From NCBI GenBank assembly GCA_035482045.1, contig DATHRD010000081.1, forward strand, positions 88,149 through 152,148: DNA of 64,000 nt, written 5' to 3'. A program made the position numbers and the translations under genes. Shown here piece by piece: positions 1 to 10,008 of the stretch. The notes under the pieces were generated by a model that saw nothing but the letters and a program-made list of their open reading frames with translations, ran no database searches and was not told the DNA's origin. Every line of letters begins with the position of its first letter. Position 1 is the first letter of the stretch. The stretch is from Thermoanaerobaculia bacterium. GTDB lineage: Bacteria; Acidobacteriota; Thermoanaerobaculia; Gp7-AA8.

Positions 1-1
1 T

Positions 2-3000
2 CCGGGACCCAACACCGGTACGGTGAACATCGCCTTCAGCCAGACCTTCACGGCTTCCAACACGATCGGCGCGGTCACGTTCTCGACAGCGAGCACGTTA
101 CCAGCTGGCCTTACCTTGTCCGCGGGCGGAGTGCTCTCGGGCACGCCGACGCAGACCGGCTCGTTCCCGATCGTGGTCAAGGCCACCGACGCGAACGGCT
201 GCTTCGGCAACGGCGCCACCTACACATTGACTATTGGTTGCCAGACCATCACCGTCAACAACCCCGGCACGAACAGCGGGACGGTCAACGTCGCCTTCAG
301 CCAGACCTTCACGGCCAGCAATACCATCGGCGCGCTGACGTTCTCGACGGCCTCGACGCTGCCCACGGGCATCGCGTTGTCGTCCGGCGGCGTTCTGTCC
401 GGCACGCCGACGCAGACCGGCTCGTTCCCGATCGTGGTGCATGTGGTCGACGCCAACGGTTGCTCGGCCAACGGCGCGACCTACACGCTGACCATCGCCT
501 GCCAGGTCATCACAGTCAACAACCCGGGCACGAGCAGCGGCACGGTCAACGTCGCCTTCAGTCAGACCTTCACGACTACGAACGCCATCGGCGCAACGAC
601 CTTCACGACCGCCAGCACGCTGCCTACGGGCCTGAGCCTGTCGACGGGCGGGGTGCTCTCCGGCACGCCGACGCAGACCGGCTCGTTCCCGATCGTGGGC
701 CACGTGGTTGACGCCAACGGCTGCGCAGGCAACGGCGCGACCTACACGCTGACCATCGCCTGCCAGGTCATCACCGTCAACAACCCGGGCACGAGCAGCG
801 GCACGGTCAACGTCGCCTTCAGTCAGACCTTCACGGCTACGAACGCCATCGGCGCGACGACCTTCAACACGGCCAGCACGCTGCCTACGGGCCTGAGCCT
901 GTCGACGGGCGGGGTGCTCTCCGGCACGCCGACGCAGACCGGCTCGTTCCCGATCGTGGTCCACGTGGTCGACGCCAACGGCTGCTCCGGCAACGGGGCC
1001 ACCTATACGCTGACCATCGCCTGCCAGGTCATCACGGTCAACAACCCGGGAACGAACAGCGGCACGGTCAACAGCGCGTTCAGTCAGACCTTCACGACCA
1101 GCAACGCCATCGGGACGGTGACGTTCACGACCGCTTCGACGCTCCCGACCGGTCTTTCGCTCTCGACGGGCGGAGTGCTGTCCGGTACGCCGTTGCAGGT
1201 CGGCTCGTTCCCGATCGTGGTCCACGCGGTCGACGCCAACGGCTGCTCGGGCAATGGCGCGACGTACACATTGACCATCGGCTGCCAGATCATCTCGGTC
1301 ACCAACCCGGCCACGACGACCGGCACGGTGAATACGGCCTTCAGCCAGACCTTCACGGCCGGCAACACCGTCGGCACGGTGACGTTCACCACCGCCAGCA
1401 CGCTGCCCACGGGCCTGAGCCTTTCGACTGGTGGAGTCCTCTCCGGTACGCCGACGCAGACCGGCTCGTTCCCGATCGTGGTCACAGCGACTGACGGTAA
1501 CGGCTGCTCGGGCTCGGGTTCCACGTACACCCTGGTCATCGGCTGCCAGACCATCACGGTAACCAACCCGTCCAACACCACTGGCACGGTCAGCGCGCCG
1601 TTCACCGAGGTATTCACATCGAGCAACACGATCGGAGCGGTGACTTACTCGACCGCCTCGACGCTGCCGGCCGGTCTTACGCTGGCCAGCAACGGTACCT
1701 TGTCGGGCACCCCGACCCAGTCGGGCACCTTCCCGATCGTGGTCACGGCCACCGACGCGAACGGCTGCATGGGCAACGGCGCCACGTACACCCTCGTCAT
1801 CGGCTGCCAGGTCATCACCGTGAATAACCCGGCCACCACGAGCAGCCCGGCCGGCACACCGCTCTCCATCAACTTCACGCAGAGTGGTTCAATCGGCACA
1901 GCCACGTTCACGACGGCGAGCACACTTCCGGCCGGCCTGACGCTCGATCCCGACGGCACTCTGCACGGCACGCCGACGCAGAACGGACCGTTCCCGATCG
2001 TCGTTACCGTCACCGACTCGAACGGCTGCACCGGCACGAACTCGGCCTACACGCTGACGCTGACCTGCCCGACGATCACCGTCACGAATCCGGGCACGAC
2101 CACCGGCACGGTCAACGTTGCCTTCAGCCAGACATTCACCCAGTCGGGCGGGGTGGGGACGACCACGTTCTCGATCTTCAGCGGGACGTTGCCCACGGGG
2201 CTGACGTTCCATCCGGCCACGGGTGTTCTGGACGGCACGCCAACGCAGACGGGCTCCTTCCCGCTGGTGATCCGCGCCACCGATGCCAACGGCTGCACCG
2301 GCGACGGTGCGACGTACACGCTTGTCATCGGTTGCCAGGTCATCACGGTCAACAATCCGGGCACCAACAGCGGCACGGTGAACACGGCCTTCAGCCAGAC
2401 CTTTACGGCAGGCAACACGATTGGCGCGGTGACGTTCTCGCTCAACAGCGGCACGCTGCCGGCCGGCCTCTCGCTGTCGACGGGTGGAGTTCTGTCCGGC
2501 ACGCCGACACAGACAGGTTCGTTCCCGATCACGGTCAAGGCCACCGACGCGAACGGCTGCTCGGGCATCGGCGCGACCTACACATTGACTATTGGCTGCC
2601 AGGTCATCTCGGTGACCAATCCATCGACGGCCACCGGCACGGTGAACACGGCCTTCGGTCAGACCTTCACGGCCGGCAACACAGTCGGCGCGGTGACGTT
2701 CACCACCGCCTCGACGCTGCCCACGGGCCTGAGCCTGTCGACCGGCGGAGTTCTGTCCGGCACGCCAACGCAGAGCGGCTCGTTCCCGATCGTGGTCACA
2801 GCCACAGACGGCAACGGCTGCTCGGGCTCGGGCTCCACGTACACCCTGGTCATCGGTTGCCAGACCATTACCGTTACAAATCCGGTCAACAGCACCGGGA
2901 CAGTGAATGTCGGCTTCAGCGAGCAGTTCACAGCCGGCAACACCATCGGATCGGTCACGTTCACCACGGCCAGCGCGTTACCTGCCGGCATCACGCTCTC

Positions 3001-6000
3001 CACCGGTGGCCTTCTCTCGGGCACGCCGACGCAGGCCGGCTCGTTCCCGATCGTGGTCACGGCCACCGACGCGAACGGCTGCAGCGGCAACGGCGCGACG
3101 TACACGCTGGTGATCAACTGCCAGACCATCACGGTTACTAACCCGGTCAACGCCACCGGCCCAGCCGGTACACCGTTCAGCGAGACCTTTACGCAGAGCG
3201 GCGCGATCGGCACGGTGACCTGGAGCGAGACCGGGGCCCTGCCGACCGGCATCACACTCAATCCATCGACCGGCGTCCTGTCCGGCACGCCGTTGCAGGG
3301 CGGCTGCTTCCCGATCACCGTCACTGTCACCGATTCGAACGGATGCACCGGCGCCGGCCCGACTTACACGCTGTGCATCACCTGCCCGACGATCACCGTG
3401 ACCAACCCAGGTGTATCGACGGGCACGGCCGGAACGGCCTTCAGCCAGACCTTCACCCAATCGGGCGGCATCGGCACGATGACTTGGTCCGAGACCGGCG
3501 CGCTCCCGAGCGGGATCACGCTCAACTCCTCGACCGGCGTGCTCTCGGGCACGACATCGCAGGTCGGCACGTTCCCGATCACCGTCACCGCCACCGACTC
3601 GAACGGTTGCCAGGGCACCGGCCCGACGTACAACCTGACGATTAATTGCCAGACGATCACGGTCACCAACCCGGGCGTGAACACGGGAACCGTTGACGCG
3701 CCCTTCAGCCAGACCTTCACCAAGAGCGGCATCCTCGGCACGGTGACGTGGACTGAGACGGGTACGCTGCCGCTTGGCGTCGCACTCAATTCTTCCACGG
3801 GGGTCCTCTCCGGTACGCCTGGCCAGCCGGGCAGCTTCCCGATCACGGTCACGGCCACTGATACGAACGGCTGCAGCGGCACCGGCCCGATCTATACGCT
3901 GACGATCGCTTGCCAGACCATCACGGTCACCAAGCCTGGGGTGACGACCGGCACCGTCGACACGCCGTTCAGCCAGACGTTCACTCAGAGCGGTGTCGGC
4001 ACCCACACGCCGGCGACCTTCACGCTGAACAGCGGCTCGCTGCCGTCAGGTCTCTCGCTCTCCACTGCCGGTGTGCTCTCCGGTACCCCTGATCAGCCGG
4101 GCACCTTCCCGATCACAGTCAAAGTCACGGACGCGAACGGCTGCACCGGGGTCAGCTCGACCTACACGCTCGTCATCGCCTGCCAGACGATTACCGTCAC
4201 CAACCCGGCCACCACCACCGGTACCGTAGCCGTGGCCTTCAGCCAGACGTTCACCCAGAGCGGCGTCGGCACACACACGCCGGCTACGTTTACCACCGCG
4301 TCGACGCTGCCGACCGGCTTCACGCTCTCGACGGCGGGCGTGCTGTCCGGCACCACCAACCAGCACGGTACGTTCCCGATCGTGGTCACTGTGACCGATG
4401 TCAATGGCTGCACCGGCACCGGCGCGACGTACAACCTGGTCATCAACTGCCAGACCATCACCGTCACCAACCCGGGCGTCACCACCGGTACGGTAGGTAC
4501 GCCGTTCAGCCAGACCTTCACGCAGAGTGGCGCGATCGGCGGGGCGACCTTTACCACCGCCAGCACGCTGCCGCTTGGACTCTCGCTCAGCACCGCCGGC
4601 GTCCTCTCCGGCACGCCCACCCAGTCCGGAACGTTCCCGATCGTCGTGACGGTCACGGACGGCAACGGCTGCACCGGCACCGGCTCCACCTACACGCTGA
4701 TCATCGCCTGCAACGTCATCAACGTGACCAATCCCGCCACGACTACGGGTACGGCGGGCGTGGCCTTCAGCGCCACGTTCACGCAGAGCGGCGGCAACGG
4801 CACGATCGTCTGGTCGAAGACCGGTGCGCTGCCGGCCGGCATCTCGCTCAACAGCTCCACCGGCGTTCTCTCCGGCACGACCACAGCTACCGGCTCGTTC
4901 CCGATCACGGTCACGGCCACCGACGCCAACGGCTGCACAGGCACCGGCCCGACCTACACGCTGGTCATCAACTGCCAGACCGTCACCGTGACCAACCCGG
5001 GTACCACCACCGGCACGGCCGGCGTGGCCTTTAGCCAGACCTTCACCGCCAGCGGCATCCTCGGCTCGGCCACATGGAGCGAGGTCGGCGCGCTGCCGAG
5101 CGGCTTCACCTTCAGCGCCGCCGGCGTCCTCTCTGGTACCACTAGCCAGATCGGCAGCTTCCCGATCACGGTCAAGGCCACGGACACCAACGGTTGCTTC
5201 GGCACGTCGAGCTACACCCTGGTCATCGTCTGCCAGACGGTTACGGTGACCAACCCCGGGGTCACTGCGGCGACCTTCAACGTTCCCTTCAGCGCCACCT
5301 TCACGGCCAGCGGCATCCTCGGCTCTGCCACGTTCACCCTCGCCAGCGGCACGCTGCCGACGGGTATGTCGCTTTCGGCCGCGGGCGTCCTTTCCGGCAC
5401 GCCGACGCAGACCGGCACCTTCCCGATCACGGTGAAGGCCACGGACACCAATACCTGCAATGGCACGGGCGCCACCTACACGCTGTCAGTGGCGCCAGTA
5501 GCCTCGGGTGATTCCTACAGCAACCTGGTCGACAACACCCAGGCAGTGGTCACCGGCGGCGGGACTTCATCGCCCGGAACACCGTTTGTGACGCTGAGCG
5601 GAGCGATCATCGCCAACGACACTCCGGCAGGCGGTGTGACCGCGAATCCAGGAACGTTCGCCACCTCGGCGGGCGGCAGCGTCACCATCGCCACGGACGG
5701 CACCTTCATCTATACGCCGAAGGCCAATTCGGGTGCCGCGGCGACGACCACGGACACCTTCACCTACACGGTCTCCAGCAACACCGGCGGCGTCGCGGCG
5801 GTGAACTCCGCGGCAGCCACGGTCACGCTGAATCTGACCGGCCGCGTCTGGTACGTGAAGAACAACGGCGGTGGCAGCAACGGCCAGTCGCAGTCGCCAT
5901 TCACCACCCTGGCTGCCGCGGCCGGGGCCTCAACCGCCAACGACATCATCTTCGTCTACAACGGCGACGGTACGAACAGCGGCCAGGACGCCGGCATCGC

Positions 6001-8698
6001 ACTCAAGAACGGGCAGCAGCTCCTCGGTGAGATCAACGGCCTGACCGTCAACGCCCAGACGCTCGTGGCGGCCGGCAGCAGGCCGACCATCGGCAACTCC
6101 GGCGGCGCCGGTGTCACCGTCGCCGCCAGCACGGCCAATGGTGACCGTACCGGCATCTTCATCAAGGGTCTTTCCATCGCCGGAACCACGAGCGCCATCA
6201 GTATCAGCTCCGCCAATGCGCAGACGCTCACGGCCACGGTCGACAACGTCAACATCACCGCGGCCACCGCCAACCACGGCGTCAGCGTCGCCGCCGCCGC
6301 AACGCTGACCTCCACCGTGACCGTGCAGAACAGCACGATCAGCGGCGTGGCGCAGAACGGCATCGACGCCCAGCAGACAACTGCAGGCAACCTGGTGCTC
6401 AACATCAACAACAACGCCGTCTCGGCGACGGGGACCGGCATCAACGTCGTCGGCACAGGCAGCACCAGCACCACCATCACCAACTTCGCCAGCAACGCCA
6501 TCAGCGGCAACACCGGCGGCAGCGGCATCACGGTCACCACCGCCACCTTCGACGCCACACCGGGTGGTACCTTCCAGACCGTCTCCGGCGGTACGACCAC
6601 AATTGGTGCGGCGGGCAATGGCGTCGGCGCGAACGGTATGGTGCTGACGAACGTGGCCGGTGATCTCAGCTTCACCGATCTCGACATCGTCACCAGCAAC
6701 GGCACGGGTCTCTTCGCCAGCGGTACGACGCCCTTTACCGGATCCGCCGGCTTCCAAATCGCGGTGGCCTCCGGCGTGGGAACGATCGACGCCACCGGCG
6801 GCGCGGCGGCCGATCTGAGCACCGTCACGGCCAATCTGCCATTCACCACGATCAAGAGCGCCACCAGCGTCTCGACCGGCGTGAATCTGAATGCGGTCCT
6901 CGGGACCTTCACGGCGGGTTCGGGCAGTTCGATCACCAACGCGACAAGCACTGACTTCAACATCAGCGGCGGCACCGCGACCGTGACCTACGACGGTACG
7001 ATCACCGACACCACCGGTCGCGCCGTGTCCGTGGCCAGCACTACGGGCGGAACGAAGACGTTCAGCGGGGCCATCACCAACAACGGCGGCACCGGTATCT
7101 CGCTGACGAGCAACACCGGGGCGACGATCAACTTCTCCGGTACGATCATTCTCTCCACCGGCGCCACCGACGCATTCACGGCCACCGGCGGCGGCACGGT
7201 CACGGCCACCAACACGTCGAGCACACTCACGACGACGACTGGTACGGCGTTGAATGTCGCGAACACAACGATCGGCGCGGGCGGTCTCAAGTTCCAGAGC
7301 ATTTCCGCCGGCACGGGCGCCTCGGGCCCGACAAGCGGCATCATCCTCAACAATACCGGCTCCTCCGGCGGTCTGACGATCAGCGGTACCGGTTCGGCGG
7401 GCACCGGCGGCACGATTCAGAAGATGACCGGCGCCGGAATCTCCCTCACCAGCACGAAGAACGTCAGCCTGTCGTTCATGGACGTTCAGAACGGCTCGAT
7501 GGAAGGCATCCTCGGAACCTCCGTCGACGGCTTTACGCTCACCAGTTGCTCTGTCACCGGCAACAGCACCTCCGGGAACAACCGGGACGGCATCAAGCTG
7601 ACGGACACCGTCAACGCCGTCACGTTCACGAGCGACACAGTGACCGGAAACTTCAACTCCAACGTGCAACTGACGACCGGAGGCTCTTCGACTGCGGTGA
7701 TGACGACGCTGACGGTTACGGGCGGTACCTACAGCACCAGTACGCAGAACGTCGGATTCCTCGTCGACCTCCATGGCAGCGCCGCGCTGAACACGGCCTC
7801 GGTCAGCGGCGCAACGTTCTCGGGTAACTTCTCCAAGGGCATCCAGTTCCAGCACAACGACAATTGCACGATGGGCAACGGAATTGGAGCACCGGCGACC
7901 GGAACGATCACGGTCAACAACAACACGATCACGAACAACGACGTCGGAGCGAGCTTCGAGAGCGGTGGCACCGGCGGTACGGGGTCCGCGTACTACCGGT
8001 TCACGAACAACGCCACCATCACCGGCAACCACAGCCTCGCGGTCAACTTCGCCAACGGCTCCACGGTGGGTAACGGTGCCTTCAAGGTCTTCTGCGACAG
8101 CAACCATATCGGCACGGCCGGCGTCCCCAACTCCGGTGCGGCAATTGGCGAGGGTATCCGCCTCTTCGCGCAGGGTAAGCAGACTGTGACGGCCGTGATC
8201 ACGAACAACACTATTCGGGACTTGTACAACGGCGCAGGCGGCTTCGATGCCCGCGGCATCGACGTCGAGGAGCTCGGCTCGTCGAATACGGGGCAGGGCC
8301 AGACGTCGATGGACGTGACCATCACCGGCAATAACGTCGACCAGGAGTACACGGGATCAACCTTCAACATTCAGTACGCCATCTACGTCGCGTGTGACGG
8401 GCAGGCCAGCGGCTCGGGCTCGAACGTCCATGCCGATATTCACGGCAACACCGTCCCGACGCAGAGTGCGTGCGACAGCAGCCCGTGCGCCGGCAACGAC
8501 TCGATGATCTGGATGGAGACGGTCAGCAACTCCAACAGCCCGTCCGGCGCTCTCTACAACCTGTTCGGCGAGGCTAGCGTGAACGCGGCCATCATCAACC
8601 ACAACACAGGCACAGCTGGAAAGGCTGCTGCGACGCAGAGCGGCGTTGGCCAGCCGGCCATTACCCTGACCGCCACGGCGCCGAACACGGTGAACTGA
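2..8698 (+). CDS. Giant exported repeat protein, 5'-partial (>2,890 aa): about 21 tandem Cys-paired Ig-like repeats followed by a parallel beta-helix-type C-terminal region
   Basis: The frame is open from the window edge (first codons PGPNTGTVNIAF continue the repeat) to TGA 8696-8698. It has 21 full copies of a ~87-aa unit, CQxITVxNPGxxxGTVxxAFSQTFTxxNxIGxxTFxTASTLPxGLSLSxGGVLSGTPTQxGSFPIVVxAxDANGCxGxGATYTLxI, with two conserved Cys per unit. These are followed by GRVWYVKNNGG..SPFTTL and ~1,000 aa of short G/N/T/S-rich turns (NNxIxG) typical of a right-handed beta-helix. The last ~440 aa are collinear with the product of 10765..17820. Confidence 0.85.
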   Translation, partial: PGPNTGTVNIAFSQTFTASNTIGAVTFSTASTLPAGLTLSAGGVLSGTPTQTGSFPIVVKATDANGCFGNGATYTLTIGCQTITVNNPGTNSGTVNVAFSQTFTASNTIGALTFSTASTLPTGIALSSGGVLSGTPTQTGSFPIVVHVVDANGCSANGATYTLTIACQVITVNNPGTSSGTVNVAFSQTFTTTNAIGATTFTTASTLPTGLSLSTGGVLSGTPTQTGSFPIVGHVVDANGCAGNGATYTLTIACQVITVNNPGTSSGTVNVAFSQTFTATNAIGATTFNTASTLPTGLSLSTGGVLSGTPTQTGSFPIVVHVVDANGCSGNGATYTLTIACQVITVNNPGTNSGTVNSAFSQTFTTSNAIGTVTFTTASTLPTGLSLSTGGVLSGTPLQVGSFPIVVHAVDANGCSGNGATYTLTIGCQIISVTNPATTTGTVNTAFSQTFTAGNTVGTVTFTTASTLPTGLSLSTGGVLSGTPTQTGSFPIVVTATDGNGCSGSGSTYTLVIGCQTITVTNPSNTTGTVSAPFTEVFTSSNTIGAVTYSTASTLPAGLTLASNGTLSGTPTQSGTFPIVVTATDANGCMGNGATYTLVIGCQVITVNNPATTSSPAGTPLSINFTQSGSIGTATFTTASTLPAGLTLDPDGTLHGTPTQNGPFPIVVTVTDSNGCTGTNSAYTLTLTCPTITVTNPGTTTGTVNVAFSQTFTQSGGVGTTTFSIFSGTLPTGLTFHPATGVLDGTPTQTGSFPLVIRATDANGCTGDGATYTLVIGCQVITVNNPGTNSGTVNTAFSQTFTAGNTIGAVTFSLNSGTLPAGLSLSTGGVLSGTPTQTGSFPITVKATDANGCSGIGATYTLTIGCQVISVTNPSTATGTVNTAFGQTFTAGNTVGAVTFTTASTLPTGLSLSTGGVLSGTPTQSGSFPIVVTATDGNGCSGSGSTYTLVIGCQTITVTNPVNSTGTVNVGFSEQFTAGNTIGSVTFTTASALPAGITLSTGGLLSGTPTQAGSFPIVVTATDANGCSGNGATYTLVINCQTITVTNPVNATGPAGTPFSETFTQSGAIGTVTWSETGALPTGITLNPSTGVLSGTPLQGGCFPITVTVTDSNGCTGAGPTYTLCITCPTITVTNPGVSTGTAGTAFSQTFTQSGGIGTMTWSETGALPSGITLNSSTGVLSGTTSQVGTFPITVTATDSNGCQGTGPTYNLTINCQTITVTNPGVNTGTVDAPFSQTFTKSGILGTVTWTETGTLPLGVALNSSTGVLSGTPGQPGSFPITVTATDTNGCSGTGPIYTLTIACQTITVTKPGVTTGTVDTPFSQTFTQSGVGTHTPATFTLNSGSLPSGLSLSTAGVLSGTPDQPGTFPITVKVTDANGCTGVSSTYTLVIACQTITVTNPATTTGTVAVAFSQTFTQSGVGTHTPATFTTASTLPTGFTLSTAGVLSGTTNQHGTFPIVVTVTDVNGCTGTGATYNLVINCQTITVTNPGVTTGTVGTPFSQTFTQSGAIGGATFTTASTLPLGLSLSTAGVLSGTPTQSGTFPIVVTVTDGNGCTGTGSTYTLIIACNVINVTNPATTTGTAGVAFSATFTQSGGNGTIVWSKTGALPAGISLNSSTGVLSGTTTATGSFPITVTATDANGCTGTGPTYTLVINCQTVTVTNPGTTTGTAGVAFSQTFTASGILGSATWSEVGALPSGFTFSAAGVLSGTTSQIGSFPITVKATDTNGCFGTSSYTLVIVCQTVTVTNPGVTAATFNVPFSATFTASGILGSATFTLASGTLPTGMSLSAAGVLSGTPTQTGTFPITVKATDTNTCNGTGATYTLSVAPVASGDSYSNLVDNTQAVVTGGGTSSPGTPFVTLSGAIIANDTPAGGVTANPGTFATSAGGSVTIATDGTFIYTPKANSGAAATTTDTFTYTVSSNTGGVAAVNSAAATVTLNLTGRVWYVKNNGGGSNGQSQSPFTTLAAAAGASTANDIIFVYNGDGTNSGQDAGIALKNGQQLLGEINGLTVNAQTLVAAGSRPTIGNSGGAGVTVAASTANGDRTGIFIKGLSIAGTTSAISISSANAQTLTATVDNVNITAATANHGVSVAAAATLTSTVTVQNSTISGVAQNGIDAQQTTAGNLVLNINNNAVSATGTGINVVGTGSTSTTITNFASNAISGNTGGSGITVTTATFDATPGGTFQTVSGGTTTIGAAGNGVGANGMVLTNVAGDLSFTDLDIVTSNGTGLFASGTTPFTGSAGFQIAVASGVGTIDATGGAAADLSTVTANLPFTTIKSATSVSTGVNLNAVLGTFTAGSGSSITNATSTDFNISGGTATVTYDGTITDTTGRAVSVASTTGGTKTFSGAITNNGGTGISLTSNTGATINFSGTIILSTGATDAFTATGGGTVTATNTSSTLTTTTGTALNVANTTIGAGGLKFQSISAGTGASGPTSGIILNNTGSSGGLTISGTGSAGTGGTIQKMTGAGISLTSTKNVSLSFMDVQNGSMEGILGTSVDGFTLTSCSVTGNSTSGNNRDGIKLTDTVNAVTFTSDTVTGNFNSNVQLTTGGSSTAVMTTLTVTGGTYSTSTQNVGFLVDLHGSAALNTASVSGATFSGNFSKGIQFQHNDNCTMGNGIGAPATGTITVNNNTITNNDVGASFESGGTGGTGSAYYRFTNNATITGNHSLAVNFANGSTVGNGAFKVFCDSNHIGTAGVPNSGAAIGEGIRLFAQGKQTVTAVITNNTIRDLYNGAGGFDARGIDVEELGSSNTGQGQTSMDVTITGNNVDQEYTGSTFNIQYAIYVACDGQASGSGSNVHADIHGNTVPTQSACDSSPCAGNDSMIWMETVSNSNSPSGALYNLFGEASVNAAIINHNTGTAGKAAATQSGVGQPAITLTATAPNTVN

Positions 8699-8716
8699 TC
8701 TTTCGATACCATGAGG

Positions 8717-8758
8717 CCCGGGAGCGCGAAACGCGTTCCCGGGTCCTTCTGTTTTCTT
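8717..8758 (+). terminator. Intrinsic terminator after giant gene 1
   Basis: Stem CCCGGGAGCGCG / CGCGTTCCCGGG (12 bp, 1 mismatch) with loop AAA at 8717-8743, followed by the T-rich tract tccttctgttttctt. Confidence 0.6.
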
Positions 8759-8765
8759 CGACCCC

Positions 8766-8793
8766 TTGATGTGAAATTGTGGTGAGATACACT
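8766..8793 (+). promoter_or_regulatory. Candidate sigma70-type promoter for the tail-collar operon
   Basis: TTGATG (8766-8771), 16-nt spacer, TACACT (8788-8793). This would give a ~175-nt leader before ATG 8970. Confidence 0.3.
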
Positions 8794-8969
8794 TACGTCC
8801 GGTTCAGATCAAGTAACATTCCCGCTCGGCCATCGATCCGAAAAAACAGTTCGTCCTGCTAAAGAGAGAAGAGAGAGGAGCGGATCGATGTCCGTCCGGC
8901 TCAGCAGACTCATCCCCAGGTTTCCGGCGGTCCAGCAACTGACGAGTAACGAACGATAAGGGAGGCACA

Positions 8970-9473
8970 ATGGCAGAACCATTTCTCAGCGAGATCAGGA
9001 TCATGAGTTTCGGTTTTCCGCCCAAGGGTTGGGCGACCTGCGACGGACAGCTCCTGCCGATCAACCAGAATCAGGCGCTGTTCTCACTGCTTGGGACGAC
9101 GTACGGTGGCGACGGACGCGTCAACTTCGGCCTGCCTAACCTGCAGGGGAATGCGCCCATGCACATGGGCGGCGGTCACACACTCGGTGAGCGCGGGGGC
9201 GAGCAGGCCCACACGCTGTCCATCTCCGAGATTCCCACGCACGTGCACACGGCCCAGGCCACCAGCTCGACGGGCGACCAGCCGGTGCCGGCCACGGCGT
9301 ATTACGGAGTATCGGCGTCGCAGCCCTATCTCCCGCCGGACGCCAACCTCGGTGCGCTGAACGCGGCTACGGTGGCCATGGTGGGGGGCAGCCAGGCCCA
9401 CCAGAACATGCAGCCTTTCCTGGTGCTGAACTTCTCAATCGCCCTGCAGGGCATTTTCCCGAGCCAGACCTAG
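8970..9473 (+). CDS. Phage tail-collar domain protein (MdpB-like), paralog 1
   Basis: RBS AAGGGAGG 5 nt upstream. The N-terminus FLSEIRIMSFGFPPKGWATCDGQLLPINQNQALFSLLGTTYGGDGRVNFGLPNLQG is the hallmark of the tail-collar family (expected Pfam PF07484). It has an HxH motif (THVHT) and the C-terminal motif GGSQAHQNMQPFLVLNFSIALQGIFP. Confidence 0.9.
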   Translation: MAEPFLSEIRIMSFGFPPKGWATCDGQLLPINQNQALFSLLGTTYGGDGRVNFGLPNLQGNAPMHMGGGHTLGERGGEQAHTLSISEIPTHVHTAQATSSTGDQPVPATAYYGVSASQPYLPPDANLGALNAATVAMVGGSQAHQNMQPFLVLNFSIALQGIFPSQT

Positions 9474-9489
9474 AGAGGAGGACGAAGAC

Positions 9490-9996
9490 ATGGCACAACC
9501 TTACGTTGGAGAAATTCGCATGTTCGCCGGCAACTTCGCCCCCGCGGGATGGATGTTCTGCGAGGGTCAGTTGCTTCCAATCTCTGAATACGAGACGTTG
9601 TTCAACCTTATCGGCACCACCTACGGCGGCGACGGTCAGAGCACCTTCGCGCTCCCCGACCTGCGCGGCCGCATCCCGCTGCACTTCGGCAACGGCTTCA
9701 CCCTGGCGGAGACGGGCGGCGTGGAGGATGTGACGCTGACGGTTTCGCAGATCCCGGCGCACAACCATTCGTTCCTGGGCACCTCCGGCACCGCCAACCA
9801 GACAAACCCGTTGACTAACGTCGTTGCACAGTCACTGGGCGGCGCCACCCTCTTCAACTCGGCCAATCCGAATTCGCCGATGGGGCCCAGTGCCACCACG
9901 TTGGTCGGGGGCAGCCAGCCGCACAACAATTTCCAACCCTACCTGTGCGTCGACTTCATCATTTCGCTCTTCGGGATCTTCCCGTCGCAGACCTAG
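9490..9996 (+). CDS. Phage tail-collar domain protein (MdpB-like), paralog 2
   Basis: RBS GAGGAGGA upstream. Same N-terminal collar motif (YVGEIRMFAGNFAPAGWMFCEGQLLPISEYETLFNLIGTTYGGDG), HxH motif (AHNHS) and C-terminal GGSQPHNNFQPYLCVDFIISLFGIFP. The central ~60 aa are divergent from the other paralogs. Confidence 0.9.
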   Translation: MAQPYVGEIRMFAGNFAPAGWMFCEGQLLPISEYETLFNLIGTTYGGDGQSTFALPDLRGRIPLHFGNGFTLAETGGVEDVTLTVSQIPAHNHSFLGTSGTANQTNPLTNVVAQSLGGATLFNSANPNSPMGPSATTLVGGSQPHNNFQPYLCVDFIISLFGIFPSQT

Positions 9997-10008
9997 GAGG
10001 ACATGACT

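Noticed and set aside
98-8107. Long antisense or alternative-frame ORFs inside giant gene 1 (for example 98..1225 -, 2978..4006 -, 5930..8107 - of 725 aa, 5956..6975 -).
   Set aside because: Their products are Arg/Gly/Ala/Asp-rich low-complexity sequence that mirrors the sense-strand repeat. They have no start context or motifs. Such stop-free frames are an expected artefact of high GC content, and the sense frame carries the clear domain repeats.
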